Below are positions 8,955 through 18,704 of a stretch of DNA of 64,000 nucleotides, one piece after another (positions within the stretch are counted from its first letter, which is position 1; every line of letters begins with the position of its first letter). Below the pieces are notes generated by a model, which saw only the letters and a program-made list of their open reading frames with translations, made no database searches and had not been told where the DNA came from. Source of the stretch: Candidatus Undinarchaeota archaeon (GTDB taxonomy: Archaea; SpSt-1190; JASMDC01); the NCBI GenBank assembly GCA_964519305.1, contig CAZFHY010000019.1, positions 10,762 to 74,761 on the forward strand. Direction: 5' to 3'. The position numbers and the translations under genes are program-made.

Positions 8955-10154
8955 TCACTCATAGCGCAGCGCCTCCACGGGATGGAGGTTCGCTGCTTGC
9001 ATGGCCGGGAGCAGCCCCGACGCGCTCCCCACGATGAACGAGAACGAGATGGCGCCGATCCACAGGTGGATCCCCAGGTCGGGCTGCATGGCCGAGATGC
9101 CCGCGGATCTGGCGCCGATGCCCATGAGCAGCCCCAGGCCAACGCCCACCATGCATCCCAGGATGCCGCCCACGGTGCCCAGAAGCCCCGATTCGATGAG
9201 AAAGATCATCATGATGTCGCCGTTGCGGGCGCCCACGGCCTTGAGTATGCCGATCTCCTGGGTTCGCTCCAGGACGGAGGTATACATGGTGTTCATGATG
9301 CCGATACCGCCCACCACCAGGGAGATGGCGGCCATGCCGATGATCAGGCCCTGGACGGCAAGCATGGCGCCCATGACCATGGCGCTCATGGTGGCCAGCG
9401 TGTTGACCGCAAAATCCTCCTTACCCCGGTGGTCCTCCAGCTCCTCGCGGATGTCTGCGGCCACCTTGTCCACGTCGAACCCCTTCTTTGCGGTCGCGTA
9501 GATCATGGAGACCTCGTCCCCCACGCCCAGGACCTCCTTGCCCTTGTCCCAGGGGACGTAGATGGTGGAGTCCTTCTGCACGGCCCCGATGGCCTCCAGA
9601 AGGCCCACGACCTTGAAGTCGTGACCGCGGACGGTGAGCTTGCTGTGCATGGTAACGGGCTTGTCGTACATGTCGCCCACGAACTCGGTCCCGATGATGA
9701 CCACGTCCCGGTCACTGGTCCGCAAGGGGCGACCCTGGGTCACGTAGTACCCGAACATCTTGCCCACCACATCGTCCGTGATGTGGTTGGGGATGACGCC
9801 GATGAATCCCTTCCGCTCCTGGCCCGCATGCTCGATGGTCACCAGGGACATGATCATCGGCATGACCAGGTCCACGCCGCGCACCCGCTCGATGATCTTG
9901 ACATCCTTGCTGGTGAACGGCTCGATGGACAACCCCCCGGCGCCCATGGTACCACCCACGCCGGGCAGGATCATGATCTTGTCGTACCCCACCTTCGAGT
10001 AGGCATCGTCCATGAAGTTCCGGAGCCCGGTGCCCATGGAGATCAGGGAGACCACGGCGGCGATACCGATGAAGATACCGAGCACTGTGAGGAACGACCG
10101 GGTCCCACGACTGCGCAGGTTCCGGAACGCTATTCGGAAGTACTCGGTGAACAC
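8955..10154 (-). CDS. ABC transporter permease, MacB/FtsX (SalY) family
   Basis: Same motifs; same length (399 aa) as 7746..8945. Confidence 0.93.
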   Translation of the reverse strand: MFTEYFRIAFRNLRSRGTRSFLTVLGIFIGIAAVVSLISMGTGLRNFMDDAYSKVGYDKIMILPGVGGTMGAGGLSIEPFTSKDVKIIERVRGVDLVMPMIMSLVTIEHAGQERKGFIGVIPNHITDDVVGKMFGYYVTQGRPLRTSDRDVVIIGTEFVGDMYDKPVTMHSKLTVRGHDFKVVGLLEAIGAVQKDSTIYVPWDKGKEVLGVGDEVSMIYATAKKGFDVDKVAADIREELEDHRGKEDFAVNTLATMSAMVMGAMLAVQGLIIGMAAISLVVGGIGIMNTMYTSVLERTQEIGILKAVGARNGDIMMIFLIESGLLGTVGGILGCMVGVGLGLLMGIGARSAGISAMQPDLGIHLWIGAISFSFIVGSASGLLPAMQAANLHPVEALRYE

Positions 10155-10199
10155 GGTATCACTTCCCTACCATGGTCCTGTGCCCTCCCGGGCAGGGGC

Positions 10200-12176
10200 T
10201 CACTTGGAGCCCCTGCGCCAGAAGAAGCGGTACGCGCCGTACAGGCCACCCACGAACACCAAAAGGCCCACTACCAGACCGACGACCATGCCGGTCCCCA
10301 TGGTGAACTCGAGCCCAAGGCGCTGGATGTCCTCCGGACCATAGATGGTCAGCTCGATATCCTCCTTCAGGGTGTAGCTCTTCCTGCTCGAATCCTGGTA
10401 CTCCACGGTGACCGGGAGCGCAAGCTTCCCGGGCGCAGCATCAGCCTTGACCTTGAGCTCGAACTCCGCCGTCTCGAAGTCGTCGGAGTCCATCTTGCCC
10501 ACGTAGATCCGGTCCGAGGACAGGACCTCCAGGACGTCGGTGGGGGCCACATTGACCGTCAGGAACTTGATGTTCTCAGTGCCCTTGTTCACGAAGTTCA
10601 GGGTCACGGTCCCCTTCTGGCCAGCCTTGTACAGCGGCGACTTCTCCAGGCCGATCTGGATGCGCGGCACCTCGCCGGTGAGCTCACCCACGGGGTCGCC
10701 CGCCTTGTAGAGGCGCAGGGGCACGTGCTTCTCTTCCGTGTACTGGTGGTTCTGGGTGTCGCTGAACCTCAGCTGGAGCTTGAGGTCGGATGTTGCTCCG
10801 GCGAACTCCTCGGGCACATGGATCGAGTAGGTGATTGTGTTCTTCGCATTGGCAGCCAGGCTCTCGATGAACGTCGTGGGCGAGGAGAGGATCTTCACGC
10901 CCGCTGGTACCAGGAGCTGGGCCACCAAGGACCGTGCCTCTTCGGCGCCGGTGTTGAGCACCTCGATGGACACGTCCTGGGTTGTTCCCTTCTTGAAAAG
11001 GTCGGGGGAGGATACCCGCAGGTCGAGCCCGGGCTTGGAGCCCACCACTACGGTGACGATCCCCATCCTGGTGAAGCGCTTGCCCAGGCTGTCCAGGTAG
11101 GCGATGCCCACGGGAATCTTGTAGATGCCCGGTGCGGCTGTCCCGGCAGCGGTGATGTCGAACTGCACGGTGCCCTCGGCACCGGGCGCGAGGCTGTCGA
11201 GCACGCGCTCCGCCGACGACTGGCTCGTGGCGAAGGGGATGGTGGTCGCCGACAGGTCGAGGCCCACGGTGATGCTGCGCAGGGGCACGTCCGAGGCGCT
11301 CTTCAGGGTGAGATAGACAGTGGCGTCCCCGCCCGGAGGGATGCGAACCGGGTCGGTGGTTGTCCCTGCAACGAGCAGGTCGCGTCCGACCGCCTTCCGC
11401 ACGTTCAATGCGAGCTCGAGGTTCTTTGTGGTCGTAGCGCCTTTGCTCTTGTAGGTGAGGGTTATCGGGAGGATATAGATGCCGTCCGCACCATCACCGA
11501 TCCCCAGGGAGAGGCGCACCTTCTTTGTGGACCGGGGGCCCATGTCCCCGAGCCATCGGTTCGTCCCTGCGTTAAGGAGATAGAAGAGGCTGGTGTCCGT
11601 GGAGCCTTTGGGCGTGGTGCTGATGTCCAGTTGCACGTCCTGGGCCTTCCCGAGACCGGTATTTTCAAGGGTAAGGGCCGCTGTGGCGGTCCCACCCGGA
11701 GCGAGTTGCTCGGGTGTGAGGGCGATCTCCTTGAGCGTGAAGTCCGCACCAGACTCCACGTCGATGCTCACCTTATGGATGGTCACTTCCTCGCCCTCGG
11801 TGCACGTGTCGGGGCACGCGGCGATCTCGAGCTCGTAGGTGTCCTCCGGTGCGTCCTCGGCCACGATGACCAGGAACTTGCGGTACACCTCTGTCTTGGG
11901 CGCGAGACTACCGATATGGAACGATTCGCTCTCACCCGGTTTCATTGTGAACGGGTACTTAGGCCGCACCTCGAGCACAAGGTTATCTGCCGTGTTCTGA
12001 GCGTAGTTGTCCACCTTGATGCTCACCTCCACCTGTCGTCCGGGCTCGGCGGGCACAGGTTCATAGCTCAATCCGAGAACGCGGATGTTCGGATCCGTCG
12101 GGAGGAAGTCGGCCCCGGCCGAAAGGGCTAGAATCAGGGCGCACACGATACCGGCTGCGATCTTTTTGTCAGTCAT
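10200..12176 (-). CDS. COG1361-type S-layer/surface protein with tandem Ig-like domains and a C-terminal TM anchor
   Basis: Signal peptide, 'YEPVPAEPG', repeated 'l.N.G...a..v' and 'GIY.lP..l.Y' units, C-terminal TM followed by basic residues; typical partner of MacB-type ABC operons. Confidence 0.8.
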   Translation of the reverse strand: MTDKKIAAGIVCALILALSAGADFLPTDPNIRVLGLSYEPVPAEPGRQVEVSIKVDNYAQNTADNLVLEVRPKYPFTMKPGESESFHIGSLAPKTEVYRKFLVIVAEDAPEDTYELEIAACPDTCTEGEEVTIHKVSIDVESGADFTLKEIALTPEQLAPGGTATAALTLENTGLGKAQDVQLDISTTPKGSTDTSLFYLLNAGTNRWLGDMGPRSTKKVRLSLGIGDGADGIYILPITLTYKSKGATTTKNLELALNVRKAVGRDLLVAGTTTDPVRIPPGGDATVYLTLKSASDVPLRSITVGLDLSATTIPFATSQSSAERVLDSLAPGAEGTVQFDITAAGTAAPGIYKIPVGIAYLDSLGKRFTRMGIVTVVVGSKPGLDLRVSSPDLFKKGTTQDVSIEVLNTGAEEARSLVAQLLVPAGVKILSSPTTFIESLAANAKNTITYSIHVPEEFAGATSDLKLQLRFSDTQNHQYTEEKHVPLRLYKAGDPVGELTGEVPRIQIGLEKSPLYKAGQKGTVTLNFVNKGTENIKFLTVNVAPTDVLEVLSSDRIYVGKMDSDDFETAEFELKVKADAAPGKLALPVTVEYQDSSRKSYTLKEDIELTIYGPEDIQRLGLEFTMGTGMVVGLVVGLLVFVGGLYGAYRFFWRRGSK

Positions 12177-12973
12177 GATTTCTCACCTTTCTTCGTATCT
12201 GTTTTCCTTTTCTTCTTCTTTTTCTCCTCTTTTTCTGCTATCACGTCATGGTCCTCATTGTATTTCAGACGGTCGACGATAGCGCCGTCCAGGAGATAGA
12301 CGATCCGCTTCGCGTATTTCGCGAGGTGGTCGTCGTGGGTCACCATGATGATGGTCTTGCCCTCCTTGTGGAGCTTGGCGAGCATGTTCATGATGTCCCG
12401 TCCCATCTTTGAGTCCACGTTCCCGGTGGGCTCATCAGCGAGTATGATATCTGGATCGTTGCACAGCGCACGGGCGATGGCCACGCGCTGCTGCTGGCCT
12501 CCTGACAGCTCCGATGGCAGATGGTCTACGCGGTTACCCAGTTCCATCTTCTCTAACAGTTCGGAGGCCCGCTCGAATCGTTCGTCCGAGCTGTATCCCT
12601 GGAACACCATGGGCAGCATGACGTTCTCCAGGGCGGTGAGCCCCGGGATGAGATTGAACTGCTGGAATATGAACCCGATCTTCTGCCCGCGGATCTGGGC
12701 GAGGTCGCTCTCGTCCAGCTCGGCGATGTCCTGTCCTTCCAGGAGGATGGTGCCGTCAGTGGGCACGTCAAGGCAACCCACCATGTTCATGGCGGTGCTC
12801 TTTCCCGAACCCGAGGGCCCCATGATGGCCACGAACTCTCCCTGGTGGATGACTATGTCGATCCCGCGAAGGGCATGGACGGCAGCGTCGCCCTCACCGT
12901 AGACCTTCGTGACCCCTTTGAGGACAAGGAGTGTTGTCCCCTGGTCTCTGTTGGTTTTCTCGTCCTTGGCCAT
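12173..12973 (-). CDS. ABC transporter ATP-binding protein (LolD/MacB type)
   Basis: GPSGSGKST, LSGGQQQRVAIARAL, ILADEPTGN, VTHD; AGGTGA RBS before ATG 12973. Confidence 0.95.
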   Translation of the reverse strand: MAKDEKTNRDQGTTLLVLKGVTKVYGEGDAAVHALRGIDIVIHQGEFVAIMGPSGSGKSTAMNMVGCLDVPTDGTILLEGQDIAELDESDLAQIRGQKIGFIFQQFNLIPGLTALENVMLPMVFQGYSSDERFERASELLEKMELGNRVDHLPSELSGGQQQRVAIARALCNDPDIILADEPTGNVDSKMGRDIMNMLAKLHKEGKTIIMVTHDDHLAKYAKRIVYLLDGAIVDRLKYNEDHDVIAEKEEKKKKKRKTDTKKGEKS

Positions 12974-12994
12974 GGTCTCACCTTCTTCGTTCAC

Positions 12995-13570
12995 TTATCT
13001 CCTCAGGGCCACGTAGCTCGTTTCCCTAGGGATGCCGTGCTTCTTCTCAAGGAGCTCGAAGACGTCATCGAAGATCTCGAGGGTTTTTGAATACTCCTGC
13101 TCGAGCTTGCGCAGTGCGGAGATCCGGTACTCCAGGTCGGCCAGCTCCTCGGGCGAGGCCTTCAGATTCTTCGCGTTCTCCTTCAGCACTTCGAATTCAT
13201 TGGCGGCCTTGCTCACCGTGGCCCTGAGTGCGACGCACATGACAGGTAACCTCGTCAGGAAGATGAGCATGGCCTTTCCCAGCTCGAGGGTCATCACCGA
13301 GAAGTACAGCTTCTTGCTCCCGGGTCGGGTTTCCTGGTGGACCTTGTTGAGCCCCACGAGAATCTTGAGGTTGGTGGAGAGGGAAGAGAGGCTGTAGCCC
13401 GTGCGCTCTGCAAGCTCCTGCATGGTGAGGGGTTCGGGGGAGAAGATAAGGGTGAACATGATCCTGGCAAAGATAGGGGACATTCCCATGGGGGCCATCA
13501 TCGGCGTGACTACTGCCAAGATCCCCTCCTCGATGCCCTTGATCTCCGATACGAGCGTTTTCCCTGCCAT
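12995..13570 (-). CDS. GbsR/MarR family transcriptional regulator
   Basis: 'EPLTMQELAERTGYSLSSLSTNLK' HTH, 'RPGSKKLYF' wing, helical C-terminus. Confidence 0.85.
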   Translation of the reverse strand: MAGKTLVSEIKGIEEGILAVVTPMMAPMGMSPIFARIMFTLIFSPEPLTMQELAERTGYSLSSLSTNLKILVGLNKVHQETRPGSKKLYFSVMTLELGKAMLIFLTRLPVMCVALRATVSKAANEFEVLKENAKNLKASPEELADLEYRISALRKLEQEYSKTLEIFDDVFELLEKKHGIPRETSYVALRR

Positions 13571-13611
13571 GACATTCCCTGGATCTTCGGATTATTTATT
13601 ATTTACTGTAT

Positions 13612-13654
13612 TTTTAGTACATTCCGAATTTAAATAATTTTAGTATATATCGAA
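13612..13654. promoter_or_regulatory. Two 17-bp operator-like repeats flanking a minus-strand TATA box
   Basis: ttttagtacattccgaa (13612-13628) and ttttagtatatatcgaa (13638-13654), 14/17 identical, separated by tttaaataa. Confidence 0.55.
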
Positions 13655-13685
13655 AATACCGAATATCGCTCATTGGACACCATCA

Positions 13686-14249
13686 TCACGTCTCCTGCTC
13701 CGTTTCCAGCTTGAGGATGAACCTTCCCAGGAGGCCCATGAGGCGCTCCATGAGCTGATAGTCGTTCTCTAATCCCCTGACCAGGTTCATTCGTTCCTCA
13801 AGGGCCCGACCTGTCTTGGCGGAAGCGTTAGCGTCATTGGCCATCTGGGCCGCGGCCTCGTACTCCTGCCTGATGCGGGGGAGGTGCTCGAGCATGACCT
13901 TCACCTCCCGTTCGTATCCTATCTTGAGCATGCTCATGAGGACCTCGTGGAGCTGCTTGGACCGGATAGATACGTACACCTTCTTGCTACCCGGCCTCGT
14001 CTCGCGCCGGGCGACGCCCATCCCGTCCATGATGCGTACGTTCCTGCTGAGTGTCGGGAGGCTGTACTTCGTTCGTTCTGAGAGCTCCTGCATGGATAGT
14101 GGGCCTTCGGCAAGGAATAGCTCGGCCATGATCCTGCCGGGAGCAGCGGGGAGACCGAAGCTCATGGTGACGTCGATGAAGAGCTTCACGAACTCCTCGT
14201 CAGCGGCACGGATATGGGTATCGATATCGGATTCTGCTGGCTCGACCAT
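13686..14249 (-). CDS. GbsR/MarR family transcriptional regulator (second paralog)
   Basis: 'GPLSMQELSERTKYSLPTLSRNVR', 'ETRPGSKKVYV'. Confidence 0.85.
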   Translation of the reverse strand: MVEPAESDIDTHIRAADEEFVKLFIDVTMSFGLPAAPGRIMAELFLAEGPLSMQELSERTKYSLPTLSRNVRIMDGMGVARRETRPGSKKVYVSIRSKQLHEVLMSMLKIGYEREVKVMLEHLPRIRQEYEAAAQMANDANASAKTGRALEERMNLVRGLENDYQLMERLMGLLGRFILKLETEQET

Positions 14250-14439
14250 ATTGGGTTACTTATAGGCGCCCTTACTATTTATATATTTCTTAAATATGAA
14301 AAATAAGACCTAGAAGAAATGGTATGTGATTCATCTCACTTTTGTTACAAAAAAAAATCGATAGATAGCGGCCTCGTCTGGCTGGTTTCGTAAGGTTTTT
14401 AAGCGCCACAGGATAATATAACTATCGAGTGGTAACTAG

Positions 14440-17400
14440 GTGTTGCCACGGCAGGTGTTCATCGTGATAGGGCGAACCTCGTGGACAGTGCTATTCGCAC
14501 TGACTATGCTAATGCTCCTCGTCGTGGGGAACGGAGAGGGCACAGGGTCCGGTACGGGGCAATCCCAGAACACTGCGGACAATGCAGTGGACTTCTCGCA
14601 GTTCTTCAGCGAGAGCGAACAGGAGATGCTCGAGACCAACGAGGAACTGGAGGCAGTAAGGGCCAACCTCTTGCTCGCCATTTCGGAGTGTTCTGCCAAG
14701 GAGGAGGAACGTCTCCAGGCGTGGCAGACGCTAGAGCAGAAGCGCGTGATCATGGAGCAGCGTCAGGAGGTCCTCGGTCAGCGGACGGAAGTGCGTGTCG
14801 AGAAGGAGACGGTGCGCGACGACAAGCAGACTGACTTAGATGGGAAACAGGCAGCGCTCAATGCATGTGAGGACTGCTCTTGTGGTGAGGGCGAGACCGA
14901 TTGCAGCTGTGATTGTAGCAGTGAGCGGAGCGCACGTGATAATGCCCAGACGGAGCTCAACACGGCACAGACCGAGCTCGACGATGCCATCGATCTTGAG
15001 ACCACCGCCCAGGATAACTTCGACACTGCCGATACCGAGCACACGACGGCCGAGACCGAGTTCACCGCGTCTGCTGAGTGTGCCGACGGAGCCTGCCTTG
15101 TTCAGGGCGACCTCGAAGGTGTTGACCTCCGCCAGGGTGGATGCAGCGAGGGTCCTTGTGTGTCCTTCTCCACCGATGACGCAACGATCACCAGTAGCGT
15201 CGAATCGCAAGTGGGGGAGGATCCGGAGATTATCGAGACAACGACGGATGCCGAGTTGGAGGTGGCCTTCACCGACATGGAGGTGGCCTTCACCGATATG
15301 GACGCCCCGGAAGCGATGACCACCGACTTCGACGCAGCAGCAGGCGACTTCCTGATAGACGGTGCGAACCGACTTGAAGACCTAATAATCTACTCGGAGA
15401 CCATGGCAGAGGCCTATAACGAACTGGGGATCGCCATGGGGGAGGACAACGAGGAGCTCACGGCCTATCTCGAGGGAAAGGACCCCCTGGGCCTCACTCC
15501 CGCCGAGCTCGAGGACCTGTTCACGTTCGTGATGGATACGAAGGACGAGCTCCCTGTCGACGACAACCACTTCTTCGACGCCATGCGCTATCTCTCTAGC
15601 GAGGAGGGCGAGCTCTTCCTCGCTGACGTAGAGGAAAAATCACTGGCCGGCACGATCAGCGGTCTGAACATGGACAAGGAAACGCTCGAGAGCGTCATCG
15701 ACGATCTTCAGGAGGAGAAGGAGTTCTATCAAATGCTCCTGTTCTGGGCCATGGAACCGGAGGACATCGCCTGGGTTCTGGAGGAGATCGCGCTAATAGA
15801 GGGGTTCCAGGACGCTCTCAGGAGTGAGGTCACCCGGATCGACTCGGAGATGGTGGAGCTCAACGAACAGCGCGAGAAGGCAGAGGCGGATAGGACGGCC
15901 ATCAAGGAGAGCCTCGAAGCGGCCGAGGCGAAGGCAGCAACCGCTAGGAACGCCCTCAACAAGTGTAATACGGACGGGTGTGACGAGAACACGGTGGCCG
16001 CACTACAACTGGACCTACAGCAGGCCGAAGAGGAAAGGAACCTCTTGCAGACCCAGCTCGAGGAGACGAACACGTTGCTCGAGGAGCTGGACGCTAAAGG
16101 TGGCGCGCTCGAGGAGGAGAAAGAGAGCCTCGAGACCACCGTGAACACATTCGACGACATCATCGAGGGCGAGGATGTGGACCCCGATGCGCTCACCACT
16201 CTGGTGGACATCACAAAGAACAAGGCGACGGAGACTGTCGATACGATCGATGAACAGATCGATCTGAAGAAGGACGAGCAGGGTCAGATCACCATCACGA
16301 TCGACCAGAGCCAGAACGATCTGGAGGACAAGCAGGCCCAGACCGAGAAGGAGCGGCAGGAGCTCGCGCAGCGGCAGCTCGAAGAGGCTCAGAAGAGGGA
16401 GCAGGAGCTTAAGCAGACAAAGACCGAGCTCTCAACGGGCCTCACAGCAGCAGAGGAAAAGCTTGCTTATATCGAGGAACAGCTCAAGGCAGCGACCGAG
16501 GAGGGGGACAAGAAGACTCTGGAGGACCTCAAGCAACAGGTCATCAAGGAACGCGAGGAGCTGGAAAGCCAGCTCGGGGAGATAGCCGACCAGATCGATC
16601 AGGCGCGGGGCCGTCGTCATGAGCTCGAGGACAAGTACGGGGTAGGCAATCCCGAACAGCGGGCCGCTGAGAGCCATATCGACGAGGTGAAGGTCCAAGA
16701 AAATCAGCTCGAAAAGAATCACGAGCGGCTCACCACCGACATCAAGGAGAAGGAGCAGGTGCTCGCGACCATCGAGGAGCAGCTCAAGGGGGCCTCCACT
16801 GACGAGGAACGGAAGCAGCTCGAGGAGCAGAAGGCGATCGTGCTCAATGAGCGCGACCAGCTGTCCACCCAGCTCGAGGACGTAAAACAGGAACTCGAAC
16901 AGGCCGCAACGCAGCGTCAGGAGCTCGAGAAGAAGTACGAGGAGCAGTACGGAGCAGCTCCGCCGGAGGCCGAGCCCAAGACCGCTGATAAAACGGAGGA
17001 GAAGCCCGGGACGGTGGAGGAGGCGACCGGTGCTTTCGAGTCGGTCATCGAGAACATCGAGCAGGCCGGCGTGGGGATCGAGGGCGAGGAAGCCGTGACC
17101 GAGGCCCCTCCCAACGCCAATCCGAACGTCGAGTTCCTCAACGCTGTTACGGAGACTCTGGAACGGGTGGGCCAGTCAGCGGCCAATGAAGAACGTGACG
17201 AGGATGAACCGGAGGGACCTCCGGAATCCAAGCCGCCGAAGAAGGAGAAAAAGAAGTCGGAACCCGTGATAATCCCTCCGCCAGTAGCCTCCTACGTGGA
17301 CCCATTCCCCGCGCAGTACAGCCCTATCGGGACCATGTCCGTCATCGAGGAGCCGCTCGTTGCCGTAGCGGCCGCACAGCCCCCGTCACCGCCCTCTACC

Positions 17401-18123
17401 TCGGCGCCCGTGACCCCTGCAGGCCCGGTCCAACCGTCGCAGCCCGGAGAGGTCGTGACGGCACCGCGCCAGCTCGATCCAGTGGATGCGGCCGACCTCG
17501 CGGCCGTGTTCGTGGACGGGGAACAGCTCGAAACGCCGGACGGCGCCACTATTCTCGTGGACTCGACGACCAACGAGGTGTACAAGGTGACCCAGGAGGG
17601 AGTGGAGACCACGGGGACCGACCAGCTCCACATCCAGGAACGGGTGGACCCGCTCACCGGCGATACCGAGTACTATGCTGTCGTGGGCAACGTCACCGAT
17701 GAGAACTCCACCCTTGATGATATCGCAGAAGGGAACGCGACCGACATAGCCGAGGAGGCCATCATCGAGATCCGCTACCTGGACGATGCCAAGAACGTCC
17801 TGTTCATAGGTCCGCGATGCCAGATGACCAACCTCACGGACGTAGATGTGCGTGTGGTGACCCTCAACGATACTGTCATCAATGCAACCAAGAACGAGAC
17901 CAATGCAACCGTGATGCTGCTGGACATCTCGTGCGTCCCCGCAGTGACCATGGACGAGGACGATCCTGAGGCGAATGTCGTCACCTTCCTTGAGGAGATG
18001 GAGTGCTTCGGTGCCGAAGTGGGGCGATGCCTGGACATCGAACTGTACATGGTGGTCATAGGTAAGGACGAGAACCTCTGGGAGGTCCAGTGCATCGAGA
18101 AGCTCTATTCAGGGATCGAATGA
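14440..18123 (+). CDS. Large acidic secreted coiled-coil protein
   Basis: N-terminal hydrophobic segment, Cys cluster (CEDCSC...CSCDC), long heptad regions, Pro-rich linker, many N-x-S/T sequons near the C-terminus. Confidence 0.75.
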   Translation: MLPRQVFIVIGRTSWTVLFALTMLMLLVVGNGEGTGSGTGQSQNTADNAVDFSQFFSESEQEMLETNEELEAVRANLLLAISECSAKEEERLQAWQTLEQKRVIMEQRQEVLGQRTEVRVEKETVRDDKQTDLDGKQAALNACEDCSCGEGETDCSCDCSSERSARDNAQTELNTAQTELDDAIDLETTAQDNFDTADTEHTTAETEFTASAECADGACLVQGDLEGVDLRQGGCSEGPCVSFSTDDATITSSVESQVGEDPEIIETTTDAELEVAFTDMEVAFTDMDAPEAMTTDFDAAAGDFLIDGANRLEDLIIYSETMAEAYNELGIAMGEDNEELTAYLEGKDPLGLTPAELEDLFTFVMDTKDELPVDDNHFFDAMRYLSSEEGELFLADVEEKSLAGTISGLNMDKETLESVIDDLQEEKEFYQMLLFWAMEPEDIAWVLEEIALIEGFQDALRSEVTRIDSEMVELNEQREKAEADRTAIKESLEAAEAKAATARNALNKCNTDGCDENTVAALQLDLQQAEEERNLLQTQLEETNTLLEELDAKGGALEEEKESLETTVNTFDDIIEGEDVDPDALTTLVDITKNKATETVDTIDEQIDLKKDEQGQITITIDQSQNDLEDKQAQTEKERQELAQRQLEEAQKREQELKQTKTELSTGLTAAEEKLAYIEEQLKAATEEGDKKTLEDLKQQVIKEREELESQLGEIADQIDQARGRRHELEDKYGVGNPEQRAAESHIDEVKVQENQLEKNHERLTTDIKEKEQVLATIEEQLKGASTDEERKQLEEQKAIVLNERDQLSTQLEDVKQELEQAATQRQELEKKYEEQYGAAPPEAEPKTADKTEEKPGTVEEATGAFESVIENIEQAGVGIEGEEAVTEAPPNANPNVEFLNAVTETLERVGQSAANEERDEDEPEGPPESKPPKKEKKKSEPVIIPPPVASYVDPFPAQYSPIGTMSVIEEPLVAVAAAQPPSPPSTSAPVTPAGPVQPSQPGEVVTAPRQLDPVDAADLAAVFVDGEQLETPDGATILVDSTTNEVYKVTQEGVETTGTDQLHIQERVDPLTGDTEYYAVVGNVTDENSTLDDIAEGNATDIAEEAIIEIRYLDDAKNVLFIGPRCQMTNLTDVDVRVVTLNDTVINATKNETNATVMLLDISCVPAVTMDEDDPEANVVTFLEEMECFGAEVGRCLDIELYMVVIGKDENLWEVQCIEKLYSGIE

Positions 18124-18704
18124 TGGTGCGGCCGATAGCGGTCATAGGTGTCCTAATAATCCTCACATCGTCACTGGTGCTCGCCGAACCGGGCTTCGCA
18201 CGGGTCAACCTCAGTCAGTCAGCGGGTAAGGTCTGTCCCGGACAAATGATATCCCTGACCGTGGACATCACTAACGAGCTCAACACGGCAGCATTGTTCA
18301 CCGTAGATGTCAGGTTCTCGCTACCGGGCCGCTCGGTGCGAGTGAACGAGATGGTTAATATCGGGACGGGCGAGACCTATAATCACCCTGTGACCGCCAA
18401 GCTCCACAAGATTGATCCCGGCATCTATCCGATTACGGTGACCGTTTCCACGGACATAGCTCGGGGGACCGTGATCGTGGAAGGCGCGTTGGACGTTGTC
18501 GCCTGCACGGACGAACCGCCCGCGTCCGAGCGCCCTGCTGCCCCGGGCGCATATAGCGGAACCCTCTCGGCCAGCATTATCGGACTTTTCGTGCTCCTCA
18601 TGCTGGGCGTCGTGATACGCGTACGTCGTAACGGACCACAGGCCGTCCAGCCTCCCGTCTACCAGGGCTACTACAACCAGCCGGTCTATCGGCGGCCTTA
18701 CTGA
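18120..18704 (+). CDS. Membrane-anchored Ig-like (CARDB-like) protein with a Tyr/Gln/Pro-rich tail
   Basis: Signal peptide, 'PGQMISLTVDITN', 'PGIYPITVTV', C-terminal TM; ATGA overlap with the upstream gene. Confidence 0.7.
   Translation: MMVRPIAVIGVLIILTSSLVLAEPGFARVNLSQSAGKVCPGQMISLTVDITNELNTAALFTVDVRFSLPGRSVRVNEMVNIGTGETYNHPVTAKLHKIDPGIYPITVTVSTDIARGTVIVEGALDVVACTDEPPASERPAAPGAYSGTLSASIIGLFVLLMLGVVIRVRRNGPQAVQPPVYQGYYNQPVYRRPY

Noticed and set aside
6573-12131. Very long plus-strand ORFs (709 aa and 1049 aa)
   Set aside because: Antisense shadows of well-supported minus-strand ABC and S-layer genes; expected from GC-rich codon bias and lacking recognisable motifs
15258-15302. 21-nt tandem duplication (EVAFTDM x2)
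   Set aside because: Simple in-frame slippage in a linker; no sign of function
14440-18123. Large coiled-coil protein as SMC/Rad50 or a phage tape measure
   Set aside because: No Walker motifs, has an N-terminal export-like segment and glycosylation sequons, and no phage genes nearby
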